Shown here one piece after another: positions 18,718 through 27,414 of a DNA stretch of 45,563 nucleotides. The position numbers and the translations under genes are program-made. Source of the stretch: Methyloceanibacter sp. (GTDB lineage Bacteria > Pseudomonadota > Alphaproteobacteria > Rhizobiales > Methyloligellaceae); the NCBI GenBank assembly GCA_035630055.1, contig DASQLK010000088.1, positions 1 through 45,563 of the forward strand, read 5' to 3'. The notes beneath the pieces were generated by a model. The model saw only the letters and a list, made by a program, of their open reading frames with translations. It did not search any database and was not told where the DNA came from. How positions within the stretch are numbered: the stretch's first letter is position 1; the number at the start of each line of letters is the position of its first letter.

Positions 18718-19179
18718 CTATTCAAATCCCACGACCAAGAGAGGGAACGTAATGATGCGGTCGAACAGCTGGACCTCGTTCCAAACTCTCTCGACATTCG
18801 CGACATTCGACGCGATCAGGGAACTCGCGGATTTTGTAGGAACCGCAAGCGCCGCCGCCTCGATTTTTCCCTGCCCATACAGATATTGAAATTTGAGCAA
18901 GTCATACATTGCTCGGCTAATATTTCCGGTTTGGACCTGGAAGGCGAGATCGCGATATCGGCCAGTGACGGTGAGGTCGTAGTTGGGATCGATCCTCACG
19001 GAGTGCGCCCAGCCCGCTTGCGTCAACTCATGTTCAAGATGATCGCGAATGTTGCCGGTGCATTTAGGCCCGACCGGAATGTTCGGAGCCTCAAAAAGGT
19101 CGGTCAGCCATTCCGTGAGTTCGCGCCTTTCCCATTCGGCATCGCCATTGTGAAGGGAATAGGCGCCAGCAAACTTCAT
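18718..19179 (-). CDS. BglII/BstYI-fold restriction endonuclease-like protein, probably catalytically degenerate
   Basis: L..AGW, xVQTGN, YDLLKFQYLY...IEAAALAVPT, NVANVE, PLLVVGF fit the family layout; the D...ExQ motif reads T...QVQ. Confidence 0.7.
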   Translation of the reverse strand: MKFAGAYSLHNGDAEWERRELTEWLTDLFEAPNIPVGPKCTGNIRDHLEHELTQAGWAHSVRIDPNYDLTVTGRYRDLAFQVQTGNISRAMYDLLKFQYLYGQGKIEAAALAVPTKSASSLIASNVANVERVWNEVQLFDRIITFPLLVVGFE

Positions 19180-20033
19180 TGCTCATCCTTCAGGGGTGGT
19201 TGATAAATTGGTTTGTTCATGGGCCGCGTCCTTAGAACACCTTCTTCAAGGTCCGTGACGCGCTCAAGGGCCACATCCACATATTCCTGCATAATATCGC
19301 ACCCGTATGCATGTCGACCATTCTTGAGAGCCGCGATCGCAGAGGATCCCACTCCCATGTACGGATCCAAAACACTGTCCCCCTTGTCCGTGAGCGCTAA
19401 CACGAGGCGTTCGACTAAGCCGACAGGAAATTGGCACGGATGTGCGGTTTTCTCAACATGGTTGGCTTTGACGTTGGGAATCTCCCACACGTCGCCCGGA
19501 TTCTTGCCGAGCGGATTGCTAGACACTTGTCCGCGCTTCGGGCCTTTGAAGTGCTTTTTCTCTGGGTACTTGGAAGGAACCCGCACGGGATCCAAATTGA
19601 ATGTGTAGTCGTCAGACTTGGTAAACCAGAGGATTGTTTCATGCCGTCCGGACAGTCTGCGTTGGCAGTGCAGCCCGTGTCCGAACGTCCATATGATCCT
19701 GTTACGCAGCTTCAGGCCATGGTTCTTGAATAGTGGATACAGCAAGATGTCGAGCGGGAACACCTCGCCATCATCGATGTGGTTGCCGACTTGCCAGCAG
19801 ATCGAGCCCTTCGGATGGAGCAATCGGGCCGCCTCAGCGATCGTCGCGACCTGGTGCTCAATGTACAGATCGTTGCAAGTCCGGCGCTCGTAGGCCTTGC
19901 CGATGTTGTAAGGCGGGGAGGTGACAATCAGCTTCATGCTTCCCTTCCTCAGGGATCGCATGAATTCGATGTTGTCCTTGCACTCGATTTTGACGTTGAG
20001 CGCCCGTGAAAAAGGGAGGATGTTTCCATCCAT
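19176..20033 (-). CDS. Beta-class amino DNA methyltransferase (likely N4-cytosine)
   Basis: Motif IV TSPPYN precedes motif I VLDPYMGVGSS; HPCQFP. Start could be 20033 or somewhat upstream. Confidence 0.92.
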   Translation of the reverse strand: MDGNILPFSRALNVKIECKDNIEFMRSLRKGSMKLIVTSPPYNIGKAYERRTCNDLYIEHQVATIAEAARLLHPKGSICWQVGNHIDDGEVFPLDILLYPLFKNHGLKLRNRIIWTFGHGLHCQRRLSGRHETILWFTKSDDYTFNLDPVRVPSKYPEKKHFKGPKRGQVSSNPLGKNPGDVWEIPNVKANHVEKTAHPCQFPVGLVERLVLALTDKGDSVLDPYMGVGSSAIAALKNGRHAYGCDIMQEYVDVALERVTDLEEGVLRTRPMNKPIYQPPLKDEQ

Positions 20034-20136
20034 CGTGCGGGCAGGGTTAAACATATCCCGCGCGACGCTAGGGGAGGATTTTGGGGTCGTCCAGCGAGAT
20101 CGTGACATAGGCACCGAAACCTTCGGGCGGAGATTT

Positions 20137-20151
20137 GTTCCGCTTCTGTTC
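20137..20151. promoter_or_regulatory. Alphaproteobacterial LexA (SOS) box upstream of methyltransferase operon
   Basis: GTTC-CGCTTCT-GTTC = GTTC-N7-GTTC. Confidence 0.7.
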
Positions 20152-20201
20152 CACGCTAGTCTGAATCGCATAGGGGATCAACCGCATATTCCCGCATGGC
20201 C

Positions 20202-20549
20202 TCATTCGATAGTATGCTCACTTGTTTCGCGCTGGCGCGCCAGATGCCGCAAAAATTCAGAGTCCGGCGGATAGCCGACCTCGCGGCAAATCCCCGCGAG
20301 CGCTGATCGCGCGTTCGTCCCCCGGATATAGGCGTCCATGGTGCGACCTGATCTCGGAGCGGTTGCTTCGACCCAAAAGGAATCCCAAATCCATTTCAGC
20401 TTCGGGTCCGCGCCGCTCGCGGCGAAGGTGTACATCAGCAAGAAGCGCAGCCCGAGTGTCTTGCGCGCCGGGCGCTCCCCGCACTCGTCGGCGATCTCGC
20501 TGAGCGCGGCCAGGGCTTTCCGCACAAGCTGTTCGTGCAACAGGGTCAT
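20202..20549 (-). CDS. Hypothetical protein
   Basis: 115 aa from ATG 20549 (MTLLHEQLVRKAL...LGLRFLL...WDSFW); LexA box just upstream. Confidence 0.65.
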   Translation of the reverse strand: MTLLHEQLVRKALAALSEIADECGERPARKTLGLRFLLMYTFAASGADPKLKWIWDSFWVEATAPRSGRTMDAYIRGTNARSALAGICREVGYPPDSEFLRHLARQRETSEHTIE

Positions 20550-20563
20550 CGACGCCACGCTTG

Positions 20564-20578
20564 GAACAGATGTAGAAC
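20564..20578. promoter_or_regulatory. LexA (SOS) box between divergent small genes
   Basis: GAAC-AGATGTA-GAAC = GAAC-N7-GAAC. Confidence 0.72.
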
Positions 20579-20639
20579 GACGAGCAAGCGATTCGTTCTG
20601 AATTTTGGGAATGAGCCTGTGCGCGACCTCGTCAATCCG

Positions 20640-20918
20640 ATGCGCGATCTCTTCGACGCGACGGCGCATCACTATGCGATCAAACTCACCTGCCAGGGCT
20701 GCCGCCGGCAGCGCGTGTTCGTCGCGGCCGCCGTGTGGTGGCATTTCAAGAGGCGCGGTCTGCCCGATGGGCTGCGCGACGTACCGAAGAGATTCAGATG
20801 CCAGGGCTGCGGCCGCCGCGGCCCGGCCCTCGACCTCGTTCACGAGGACGCGACGGACACAAGCCTGCCGCTGCCGAACGAGCAGGACTGGAAACGCGAA
20901 CTGCGAAGGCGCCGTTAG
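20640..20918 (+). CDS. Small zinc-ribbon protein
   Basis: Two CQGC motifs, basic C-terminus; start uncertain. Confidence 0.68.
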   Translation: MRDLFDATAHHYAIKLTCQGCRRQRVFVAAAVWWHFKRRGLPDGLRDVPKRFRCQGCGRRGPALDLVHEDATDTSLPLPNEQDWKRELRRRR

Positions 20919-20961
20919 AAGCCTTTCGGCCTCGGACGGCAATCGACAACGTTCGGTTCAG

Positions 20962-21375
20962 CTATGACCGGTCAATAAGACTAATCAATTGTTGCAGCGC
21001 CGAGATGATCCAGTTCTCGTCGATGTCCTTAGTGCTCAACGTAAAGGGCTTTCCGCCCCCGGATATCCGAAAACCGCTGCCTGGGCGAGGTTCTAGCCAG
21101 AGGGCTAGCATTTGGCCCTCTACCTTCATCCACAACGTGGCAATATCCCTAGGCGTGGAACCCTGGGTCGAGAGGGCAAATCGCTTCCTACGATCGTCGG
21201 TGGGTTGCGACGCCAAGATCAGATCTTTTCGATGCTCGAACGCCTGTAGTGCAAGCCGCTCGGCCTCCAGCAACGACGCGCCGCTCGTCCGAGCCCATTC
21301 TAGCTTTTCAAACTGCTCAGGGTCGGCCAGTCGCGACAGCCGGTCACACTCCAGATCAAACGTACTGTCGGCCAT
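20962..21375 (-). CDS. Hypothetical protein
   Basis: 137-aa ORF with GAGGAGAG RBS. Confidence 0.6.
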   Translation of the reverse strand: MADSTFDLECDRLSRLADPEQFEKLEWARTSGASLLEAERLALQAFEHRKDLILASQPTDDRRKRFALSTQGSTPRDIATLWMKVEGQMLALWLEPRPGSGFRISGGGKPFTLSTKDIDENWIISALQQLISLIDRS

Positions 21376-21498
21376 TTTTCTCTCCTCAAGCGGAGCGACA
21401 TGGCGACTGACCTACGAGCGCACAAGGCCTGTGGAACTGACGACGCCGTCGTGAACGTGGGCTTAGAACTCGCGTCAGGGCCGTGCTATCGCACGGAC

Positions 21499-22146
21499 AT
21501 GTGCAACCTCTACACCACCAAGGCGAGTCCGGCCGAGATCGCCGCTCATTTCAGAGCGCAGCTTCTGCTGTCTTTCAACGCCGGCGAAGGCGAGGTCTAC
21601 CCGGGCGGCCAAGGCATGGTCGTGCGCGAAGAGGCAGGCGAACGCATCGTTCAATCCATGGCGTGGGGCTTCCCGCTTGCTCAGAAGAGCAAAAAGACCG
21701 GCCTGCCGATCAAGCCCAAGCCGGTGAACAACATCCGCGATCTGTCCAGCTTCATGTGGCGCTTCGTTGCGCCGCGGCGGGAGAACCGCTGCCTCATCCC
21801 CCTGACCGGCTTTTGCGAAGCCGAAGGCGAGAAAGGCGCGATGACCCGCACTTGGTTCGGGGTCCATGAGCGAACCATTTTCGCCTGGGCGGGAATGTGG
21901 AAGGTCAGCGACGAATGGGGGCCGGCCTATTCAGGGCTCATGACGGAGTGCAACGAAATCGTCCGGCCCGTCCACGATCGCATGCCCGTCCTGCTCCATG
22001 AAGAGGATTACGACCGCTGGCTGCATGGCAGCCTCGAGGACGTGATCGAATTTCAGGAGCGCTGCTTCCCAGACGAACTCACCGCGATCGAGCGAACGGC
22101 GGATCCGTGGTTTCGCCGCAAATCGACCGAGTTATCCAGCTTCTAA
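21499..22146 (+). CDS. SOS response-associated peptidase (SRAP/YedK/HMCES family)
   Basis: MCNLY start with catalytic Cys2, RCLIP.TGF.E, AGMW, VHDRMPVLL. Confidence 0.92.
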   Translation: MCNLYTTKASPAEIAAHFRAQLLLSFNAGEGEVYPGGQGMVVREEAGERIVQSMAWGFPLAQKSKKTGLPIKPKPVNNIRDLSSFMWRFVAPRRENRCLIPLTGFCEAEGEKGAMTRTWFGVHERTIFAWAGMWKVSDEWGPAYSGLMTECNEIVRPVHDRMPVLLHEEDYDRWLHGSLEDVIEFQERCFPDELTAIERTADPWFRRKSTELSSF

Positions 22147-22296
22147 GACGGCGCTTTCCCAGCCCGGAGCGATTTCCGGTCAAAAGTAAGAATAGATTTG
22201 AAAACCTTTCTTTCAGTGGTCAGTATATGGACTCAGGGCCGGAGTCCTCGTGAGTCGCACAATTTTTGAGGCGAGTCGGACCTAAGGAGGGGGAAA

Positions 22297-24195
22297 ATGA
22301 GCGCTCAGGAACTGCTGCTCGGCGGCTTTGCGGCCACTGTCGCTCTCTCCCTCATAATTGGTGCATGGGGAAGACGCCGCAGCAGCCGATCGCTTATCAG
22401 CTTCTTTTGGGGCGATAACAATCTGAGCGTGGCCCAAGGCACCCATCTCAATCTTTCGACCAGCTTTGCGATCAACGGCGTTCTGTACTCGGCATGGCTT
22501 GGCTATGTGGCCGGATTGGCGTCATTACTGCCGCAGCTTTTTTGGTGTGCCGGATTTTTGTTCCTCTCGCGCTATTCAAAGCGGCTAGGGCACTTGTCAC
22601 GCACAGGCACCCTGCACGGCAACATCGGCTATGTCTTCGGCAAATCAGCCGCAGCGTGGGCGGCGCTTGCCTCCATCATCGGATTCACGCTCCTCTTCGG
22701 ATGGGAACTTTACATCGGGGCATCGATGTTTCGGGCCGTGATGCCCGAACAGTCACAGTCTGCCCAGTTAGAGACTATCCTCTATTTCTCGCTTGCGGCG
22801 ATCGCGGCCATTTACTGCATGTTGGGCGGCCTGCGTGGCAATCTCCAGGCAAACCAGTTCCAGAACTATCTCAGCGGTGGGGCTCTCGTGCTGGCGATCG
22901 TTTACCTCGGTTGGTTCGCCACCGGGACGCAGCATTTCTCGTGGAGCGACATGATTGACGTCTCGACCGTACCCGCTCTCGCGGTCGAACTGACGATTGC
23001 GGGGATGATAACGAACGCCGTCCTATTCCTAGTTTACCAGTTCTTGGACATGTCGGTGTGGCAGAACATCGCGTCCGTTGCTGATGAACGGAAAAAGCCA
23101 CGCAAGACCCTTTGGTTCTCGGCGTTCTGGATTCTCATTTTCCCGGGACTCACCGGCTCGATGCTCGGAATGGTGATGCGGTCGTTTGAGACGGGCGTAG
23201 ACCCGAACTCCATCGTTCCGCTTCTTCTAGAGCAGGTGATGGCGCAGCCGGTCATTTTCGTCGTGCTTGTGATGGGCTTCTTCGCGATGATGCTGTCGAC
23301 GGTGGACGGTCTCTTGCTCGCCGCCTGTCAAGCTGTGACGTGGGACTTGACGGATCGCAAATCGGTCCTGCAAATCTTGACGGCTCGCGGGACCCCCGAT
23401 CTTGACGAGGTGGACATCGCCGAACCGCAAGCGCTGGCGGCCAAACTCGCAGCGCAGGGTGACTCCGTGTCCAAATACCTTTGGGATCGTTTTCCGCCCG
23501 ATACCCAGGCAGCATTGAAGCAAACTGGGATCCTCTCGGATGGCGGGATGGCCAGGCTTCTCGCGGAAGCGCTTAACGCCGCTGTCAAAACGGAGGCGCT
23601 TTTTGAACCTGCTCGTTTCGAAGGCAAGACGCTCAGTTCCGAAGCCAAATCGCTCATCGATGCACCGACGAGCGAAGCCGATCGCCGGCTGTTGAACCGG
23701 TGGTTGCTTGAAGAAGCTTACCCGAATGAGATTGCCTACAATCAGTTCTCGAACACGCTGCGGCGCGAGCAAAGCTTCCGCGACCCGGACTGGTTTCTCC
23801 GGGAAGAGAAGCTTAAGTCGATCGAAGCCCGGACCCTCGATCGGGCGAAGTATGCAATATTCCTCATCGCCCTGATCGGAGGCGGTATCACACTGTACCT
23901 CGTGCGGCGCTTCGACGTCGATGCGTTCAATCTGCTTTATATTACCTATGTGGCGCAGATGTCATTGTTCCCCACCATCTGGGTCATCATCAACGGCGAA
24001 CGCAGGCTCCAGCCGCGCGGCGCAGCGAGCATCGGACTCGGCCTGCTCGCCGGATATGCTGCTGTGATTTACGGGCTGAACTCCGACTCATCCATCGCGC
24101 TATGGGCACCCACGATCGCCGTTGCGGTGGCTTGTGCCGTCTATTGGCCCTTCCGGCGAATATCCACAGAACCGGTCTCGGGGCCTGGCCAATGA
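22297..24195 (+). CDS. Sodium:solute symporter-like membrane protein with inserted soluble domain
   Basis: Many TM segments; YCMLGGLRG..AN.FQ and AMMLSTVDG.L SSS-like motifs; AAGGAGG RBS. Confidence 0.75.
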   Translation: MSAQELLLGGFAATVALSLIIGAWGRRRSSRSLISFFWGDNNLSVAQGTHLNLSTSFAINGVLYSAWLGYVAGLASLLPQLFWCAGFLFLSRYSKRLGHLSRTGTLHGNIGYVFGKSAAAWAALASIIGFTLLFGWELYIGASMFRAVMPEQSQSAQLETILYFSLAAIAAIYCMLGGLRGNLQANQFQNYLSGGALVLAIVYLGWFATGTQHFSWSDMIDVSTVPALAVELTIAGMITNAVLFLVYQFLDMSVWQNIASVADERKKPRKTLWFSAFWILIFPGLTGSMLGMVMRSFETGVDPNSIVPLLLEQVMAQPVIFVVLVMGFFAMMLSTVDGLLLAACQAVTWDLTDRKSVLQILTARGTPDLDEVDIAEPQALAAKLAAQGDSVSKYLWDRFPPDTQAALKQTGILSDGGMARLLAEALNAAVKTEALFEPARFEGKTLSSEAKSLIDAPTSEADRRLLNRWLLEEAYPNEIAYNQFSNTLRREQSFRDPDWFLREEKLKSIEARTLDRAKYAIFLIALIGGGITLYLVRRFDVDAFNLLYITYVAQMSLFPTIWVIINGERRLQPRGAASIGLGLLAGYAAVIYGLNSDSSIALWAPTIAVAVACAVYWPFRRISTEPVSGPGQ

Positions 24196-24779
24196 TTCCG
24201 CTCGGGCTAGCGTTCGCATCGATCTTCCTCGGCGTAACGGCCCCGATTTGGTTTGGGCTGGCGCGGCCGGTTCGGCGTCTACGCAAAGGCGCGGAGTGGC
24301 TCGATCCTAAACCTGTGAGTCCTCCCGCGGCGGAACCGATCACCGTGCAGACGCTGCGCGAATATCAGCGATGCGGAGACAAGGTCGTCGTCGCGCACCA
24401 TCTCGCCGATTGGTCACGCGATCTTCAACGCAAGATATTTCAGACACTCGCCGTGAACGGCGCGATAACGTTCGTCGTGGTGGTCGTCTACGTCGTCAAG
24501 CAGGACGCGCGCCTCCAAGCCCCAACGGCGACATGGACCGACTTAGGCGCCGCGCTGGCTGCCAGCTGGCCAATCTCGATCACGATGGCGATAGCGCTTG
24601 TTGAGATCGGCTTGTTTTTCAAATTGGTTTCTGACCAAGCAGCCAAATACCGCAGGGCCATTGAGGATGCCCGCCCGCCAAAAAAATCGATGCTCGCGTG
24701 GCTTCCAAATCCTTTTAGGCGAGTCGAACCATTGCAAGCTGCAGCTGCGCCGTCAGCAAGCGGAACTCCCCCCGCATAG
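24192..24779 (+). CDS. Hypothetical membrane protein
   Basis: ATGA overlap with symporter stop; three hydrophobic segments. Confidence 0.65.
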   Translation: MIPLGLAFASIFLGVTAPIWFGLARPVRRLRKGAEWLDPKPVSPPAAEPITVQTLREYQRCGDKVVVAHHLADWSRDLQRKIFQTLAVNGAITFVVVVVYVVKQDARLQAPTATWTDLGAALAASWPISITMAIALVEIGLFFKLVSDQAAKYRRAIEDARPPKKSMLAWLPNPFRRVEPLQAAAAPSASGTPPA

Positions 24780-25132
24780 CGAGCAAAAAACTCGGTTAGG
24801 GCTATTGTTTAGCGATCACGGGCGCGCGTCCCCATTCTTGATCTATGGCGATGCGCGGTCGTGTTGGCCGGCGATCAGAGCCAGGCGGAGTCTCAACTTC
24901 CGCCTCACGATGGGCCAGGCCTCTTCTGATGCATGGGGTTCGCAGGGGAGCAGGGACGCTCCCTTGTGCGCGCTCGACCGGCGCACGGTCGTCATGGTTC
25001 GGTGCAGGTGGAGAGCGAAGTCTCCAAGCCCTGCGAGTGATCCAACGGCTCCACGTTGGCATGACACGGGATTGACCGGGCGCCTTTCGCGCATCGGTTC
25101 ATGAACCGTGTCATCTAGCCGGGGTATCCAAC

Positions 25133-25195
25133 AGGGGGGCTGCGCCTGAGCCCCCCTTTGGCAAGATGTGCGGTACTACCGCACACATCTTGCAA
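25133..25195. other. Candidate oriT (MOBP-like)
   Basis: GTGCGGTA-c-TACCGCAC inverted repeat followed by ACATCTTG|C, resembling R64 ACATCCTG| and RP4 CTATCCTG|; upstream 9-bp GC hairpin at 25133-25157. Confidence 0.6.
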
Positions 25196-25219
25196 TCGCC
25201 GCTAACGAGACTCGCTAGA

Positions 25220-26167
25220 TTAGCCGGAAAAGCGTGGTAGCCTGTTCCGATCCACGCGCAAATCTTCAAACTCAAGTACGAAAAACATACGACTCGTTCG
25301 GGTGAGATTGCCAAACTGCCTGAGCACTTGGCGACCATTCAGATAAAGCCGCACGACCATCGGACACCGCATCGGAACGAACTGATGTCCTTGGCGACGG
25401 AGTTCCTCATCGGCCGCGCGAATTTCATTGCGCAGTTCCGCCGGAGTCCCGAGGGGGGCTCTCCCCGTCACTCTAATTCGTATCTTGGCCGATCTCCACG
25501 CGCGAAAAGTCTCAAAGCGGCCCAGGTCGGCAAGGAAGTCATGAAAAATGTACGCATCACTTAGTCGAGTGCTCACTCGGCTTACGAGGCTAACCTCGGT
25601 CGTATAGCCGGTGCTCAAGGCAACCTGAACGGCTTCGACTGTGGGATAACCCGGATAAGGGTGGTCGATGAGCGGACAGCTATAATCAACCGAGACGGCG
25701 ATCCGCTCTGGAGAAATCCGGTTACTTTCGCTGAAAACACGCTGGAGGACGTTGAGCGTGTTGGCTTGTGCCTCTCGCTGGATGTTGTCGCTGACGCGCA
25801 GCGTCTGGCCGGCGATGCCGTACAGCAGTTCCTGGCGCGAGAGCGAGTTTTGCATCCCGGCCTGCAGCTGCGTGAGCGACTCGGTCGCACCCTCTAGTTT
25901 TTCCATTTGCTGGCGAAACTGATGCGTGCGCTCGCGCGCCTCTGCCTGCTCCTTTTGATGGCTGATGATCTTGTCGCCGAGACCCAGCGCGAAGGTCAGC
26001 AACCCCAGGCCGCACATAGCGATGGCCAGCTTACGTCCCTTTGGGGTCAGCTTGCCACTTCTGACGAGGTTGGTGTGGAGGCCCCTTATGCCGATATAGA
26101 TGGTGACGCCAATCGTGAGCGCCGTCAGCGCCAGGATCACCAACGAAGGCCAAGAGACGTCGATCAT
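25220..26167 (-). CDS. Hypothetical membrane protein (2 TM + coiled coil + soluble domain)
   Basis: Long ORF in lower-GC DNA; start 26167 or 26188. Confidence 0.65.
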   Translation of the reverse strand: MIDVSWPSLVILALTALTIGVTIYIGIRGLHTNLVRSGKLTPKGRKLAIAMCGLGLLTFALGLGDKIISHQKEQAEARERTHQFRQQMEKLEGATESLTQLQAGMQNSLSRQELLYGIAGQTLRVSDNIQREAQANTLNVLQRVFSESNRISPERIAVSVDYSCPLIDHPYPGYPTVEAVQVALSTGYTTEVSLVSRVSTRLSDAYIFHDFLADLGRFETFRAWRSAKIRIRVTGRAPLGTPAELRNEIRAADEELRRQGHQFVPMRCPMVVRLYLNGRQVLRQFGNLTRTSRMFFVLEFEDLRVDRNRLPRFSG

Positions 26168-26373
26168 GATCGAAATTCGGCTTAGCACAAAAACCTAGTT
26201 GTCCGGCGATTGTTCGCAGCCTTCGAACCTGCGATCAGCGGATGTTTCTGCCGACTTCGCCCGTCCTTGAAGTCATCGGTCTTACCTTCAGGCACCATTT
26301 CGTCCCGCCCGTGCGCCACCCAAACGGGCAAGTGGACCCCGCGACTCGGGAAATTCTGCGCTGAGAGAAGGTG

Positions 26374-26949
26374 CTATTTTGGTCCAGCAGCCCTGCGCCG
26401 CGCTTGGTGCAATTCTCTAATCCGGAGCCTTTGCTTTAGGAAAATCTCTTGCAGTGACCCAGGCGGAGCGGCTTGAAGGGCGCGATCCAATCGCTTTTGG
26501 CGGGGCGGTGGCAAGTGCCTAGACGCATCCAGCCCCTTAGAATGACAATAGGAGCGAACAGCTTGGCAAAGTCTTGCGTCCCCAAGCCTCTTGATGTCCT
26601 CCTGATATATCACTCCTGCGCGAATAAACGGCCCCCAAATTCTTTTCATGAATTGTATCGGTGTTTCTTCGGGTAGGCGATCCGAGCGATTAGACCACTT
26701 TGCAGGCGCGGCCATAGGTAGTTCTGCGACGACGCTCGCCTGAACGGCTTGTTGAAAGGCGATCGTCGCGGAACCGAGGGAATCCAGGATTTCCCGCGAG
26801 TCGCGCATGAAGGGGTGATTTGCTGCTTCCGGCCCATGGAGTTCATCCATGGCGAAATGGGCGATCCTCTTACAATTCGCCGCACTCAGTCCCAATTCGC
26901 GAAGGCGCTTTTCAATCGCAGAAGCCGTTAATGAAGTCACAAGTTGCAA
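26374..26949 (-). CDS. Hypothetical protein
   Basis: 191-aa ORF, TTG start next to AT-rich intergenic DNA; basic C-terminus. Confidence 0.55.
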   Translation of the reverse strand: MQLVTSLTASAIEKRLRELGLSAANCKRIAHFAMDELHGPEAANHPFMRDSREILDSLGSATIAFQQAVQASVVAELPMAAPAKWSNRSDRLPEETPIQFMKRIWGPFIRAGVIYQEDIKRLGDARLCQAVRSYCHSKGLDASRHLPPPRQKRLDRALQAAPPGSLQEIFLKQRLRIRELHQARRRAAGPK

Positions 26950-27414
26950 GAACTATTTCATAAATCCTAGTAGAATGTCAAAGTATTATTAATATATAAC
27001 TCGGAATATCGGGCACAGATCATTAATTACGATCACCTTATAGAGTGCTGATGTAGATTTATTAAAGTACTATCCGTCCGTTGGGATGCGTTGAAAAGCA
27101 TTTTTTTCCAGTCAATAAAGATTAATTTTTGCATTGTTTTGGGGTTCGCGTTTCAGTTAGTTTGCGGCGATCCGATAAGTGTGTGGTAATTTCATCGTCA
27201 TGCTCATATATGAGGCTGGTGGGGCTCGAGATGAGCCAGAGCAGACGGAGTAGCGTGATGTCAGATCACCAAGTCCGATAGCCGGGGACCGACGAGAGCG
27301 CGTCACTAGAGGGCTGGCTTAAGCCAGTTGGTAAGAGGCTCGATTCCCCGCACCGCCGCGAGGCATCATTCGAACAAGCATCAATATGCGCCAGGAACGC
27401 CGGGAAGGCGAACG

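Noticed and set aside
14432-20033. Classical C-protein-controlled Type II RM system with BglII specificity
   Set aside because: The XRE is convergent and distant from the REase-like gene, the catalytic motif is degenerate, and specificity cannot be read from fold alone.
14644-20033. Assignment to DISARM or BREX
   Set aside because: No DrmA/DrmB/PLD, PglZ or BrxC-like genes seen.
20550-20942. N-terminal half of the 246-aa ORF 20202-20942
   Set aside because: Overlaps the zinc-ribbon gene and a LexA box; start at 20549 is more plausible.
24802-25094. Short ORFs between the membrane gene and oriT candidate
   Set aside because: No RBS or motif support; overlapping frames equally weak.
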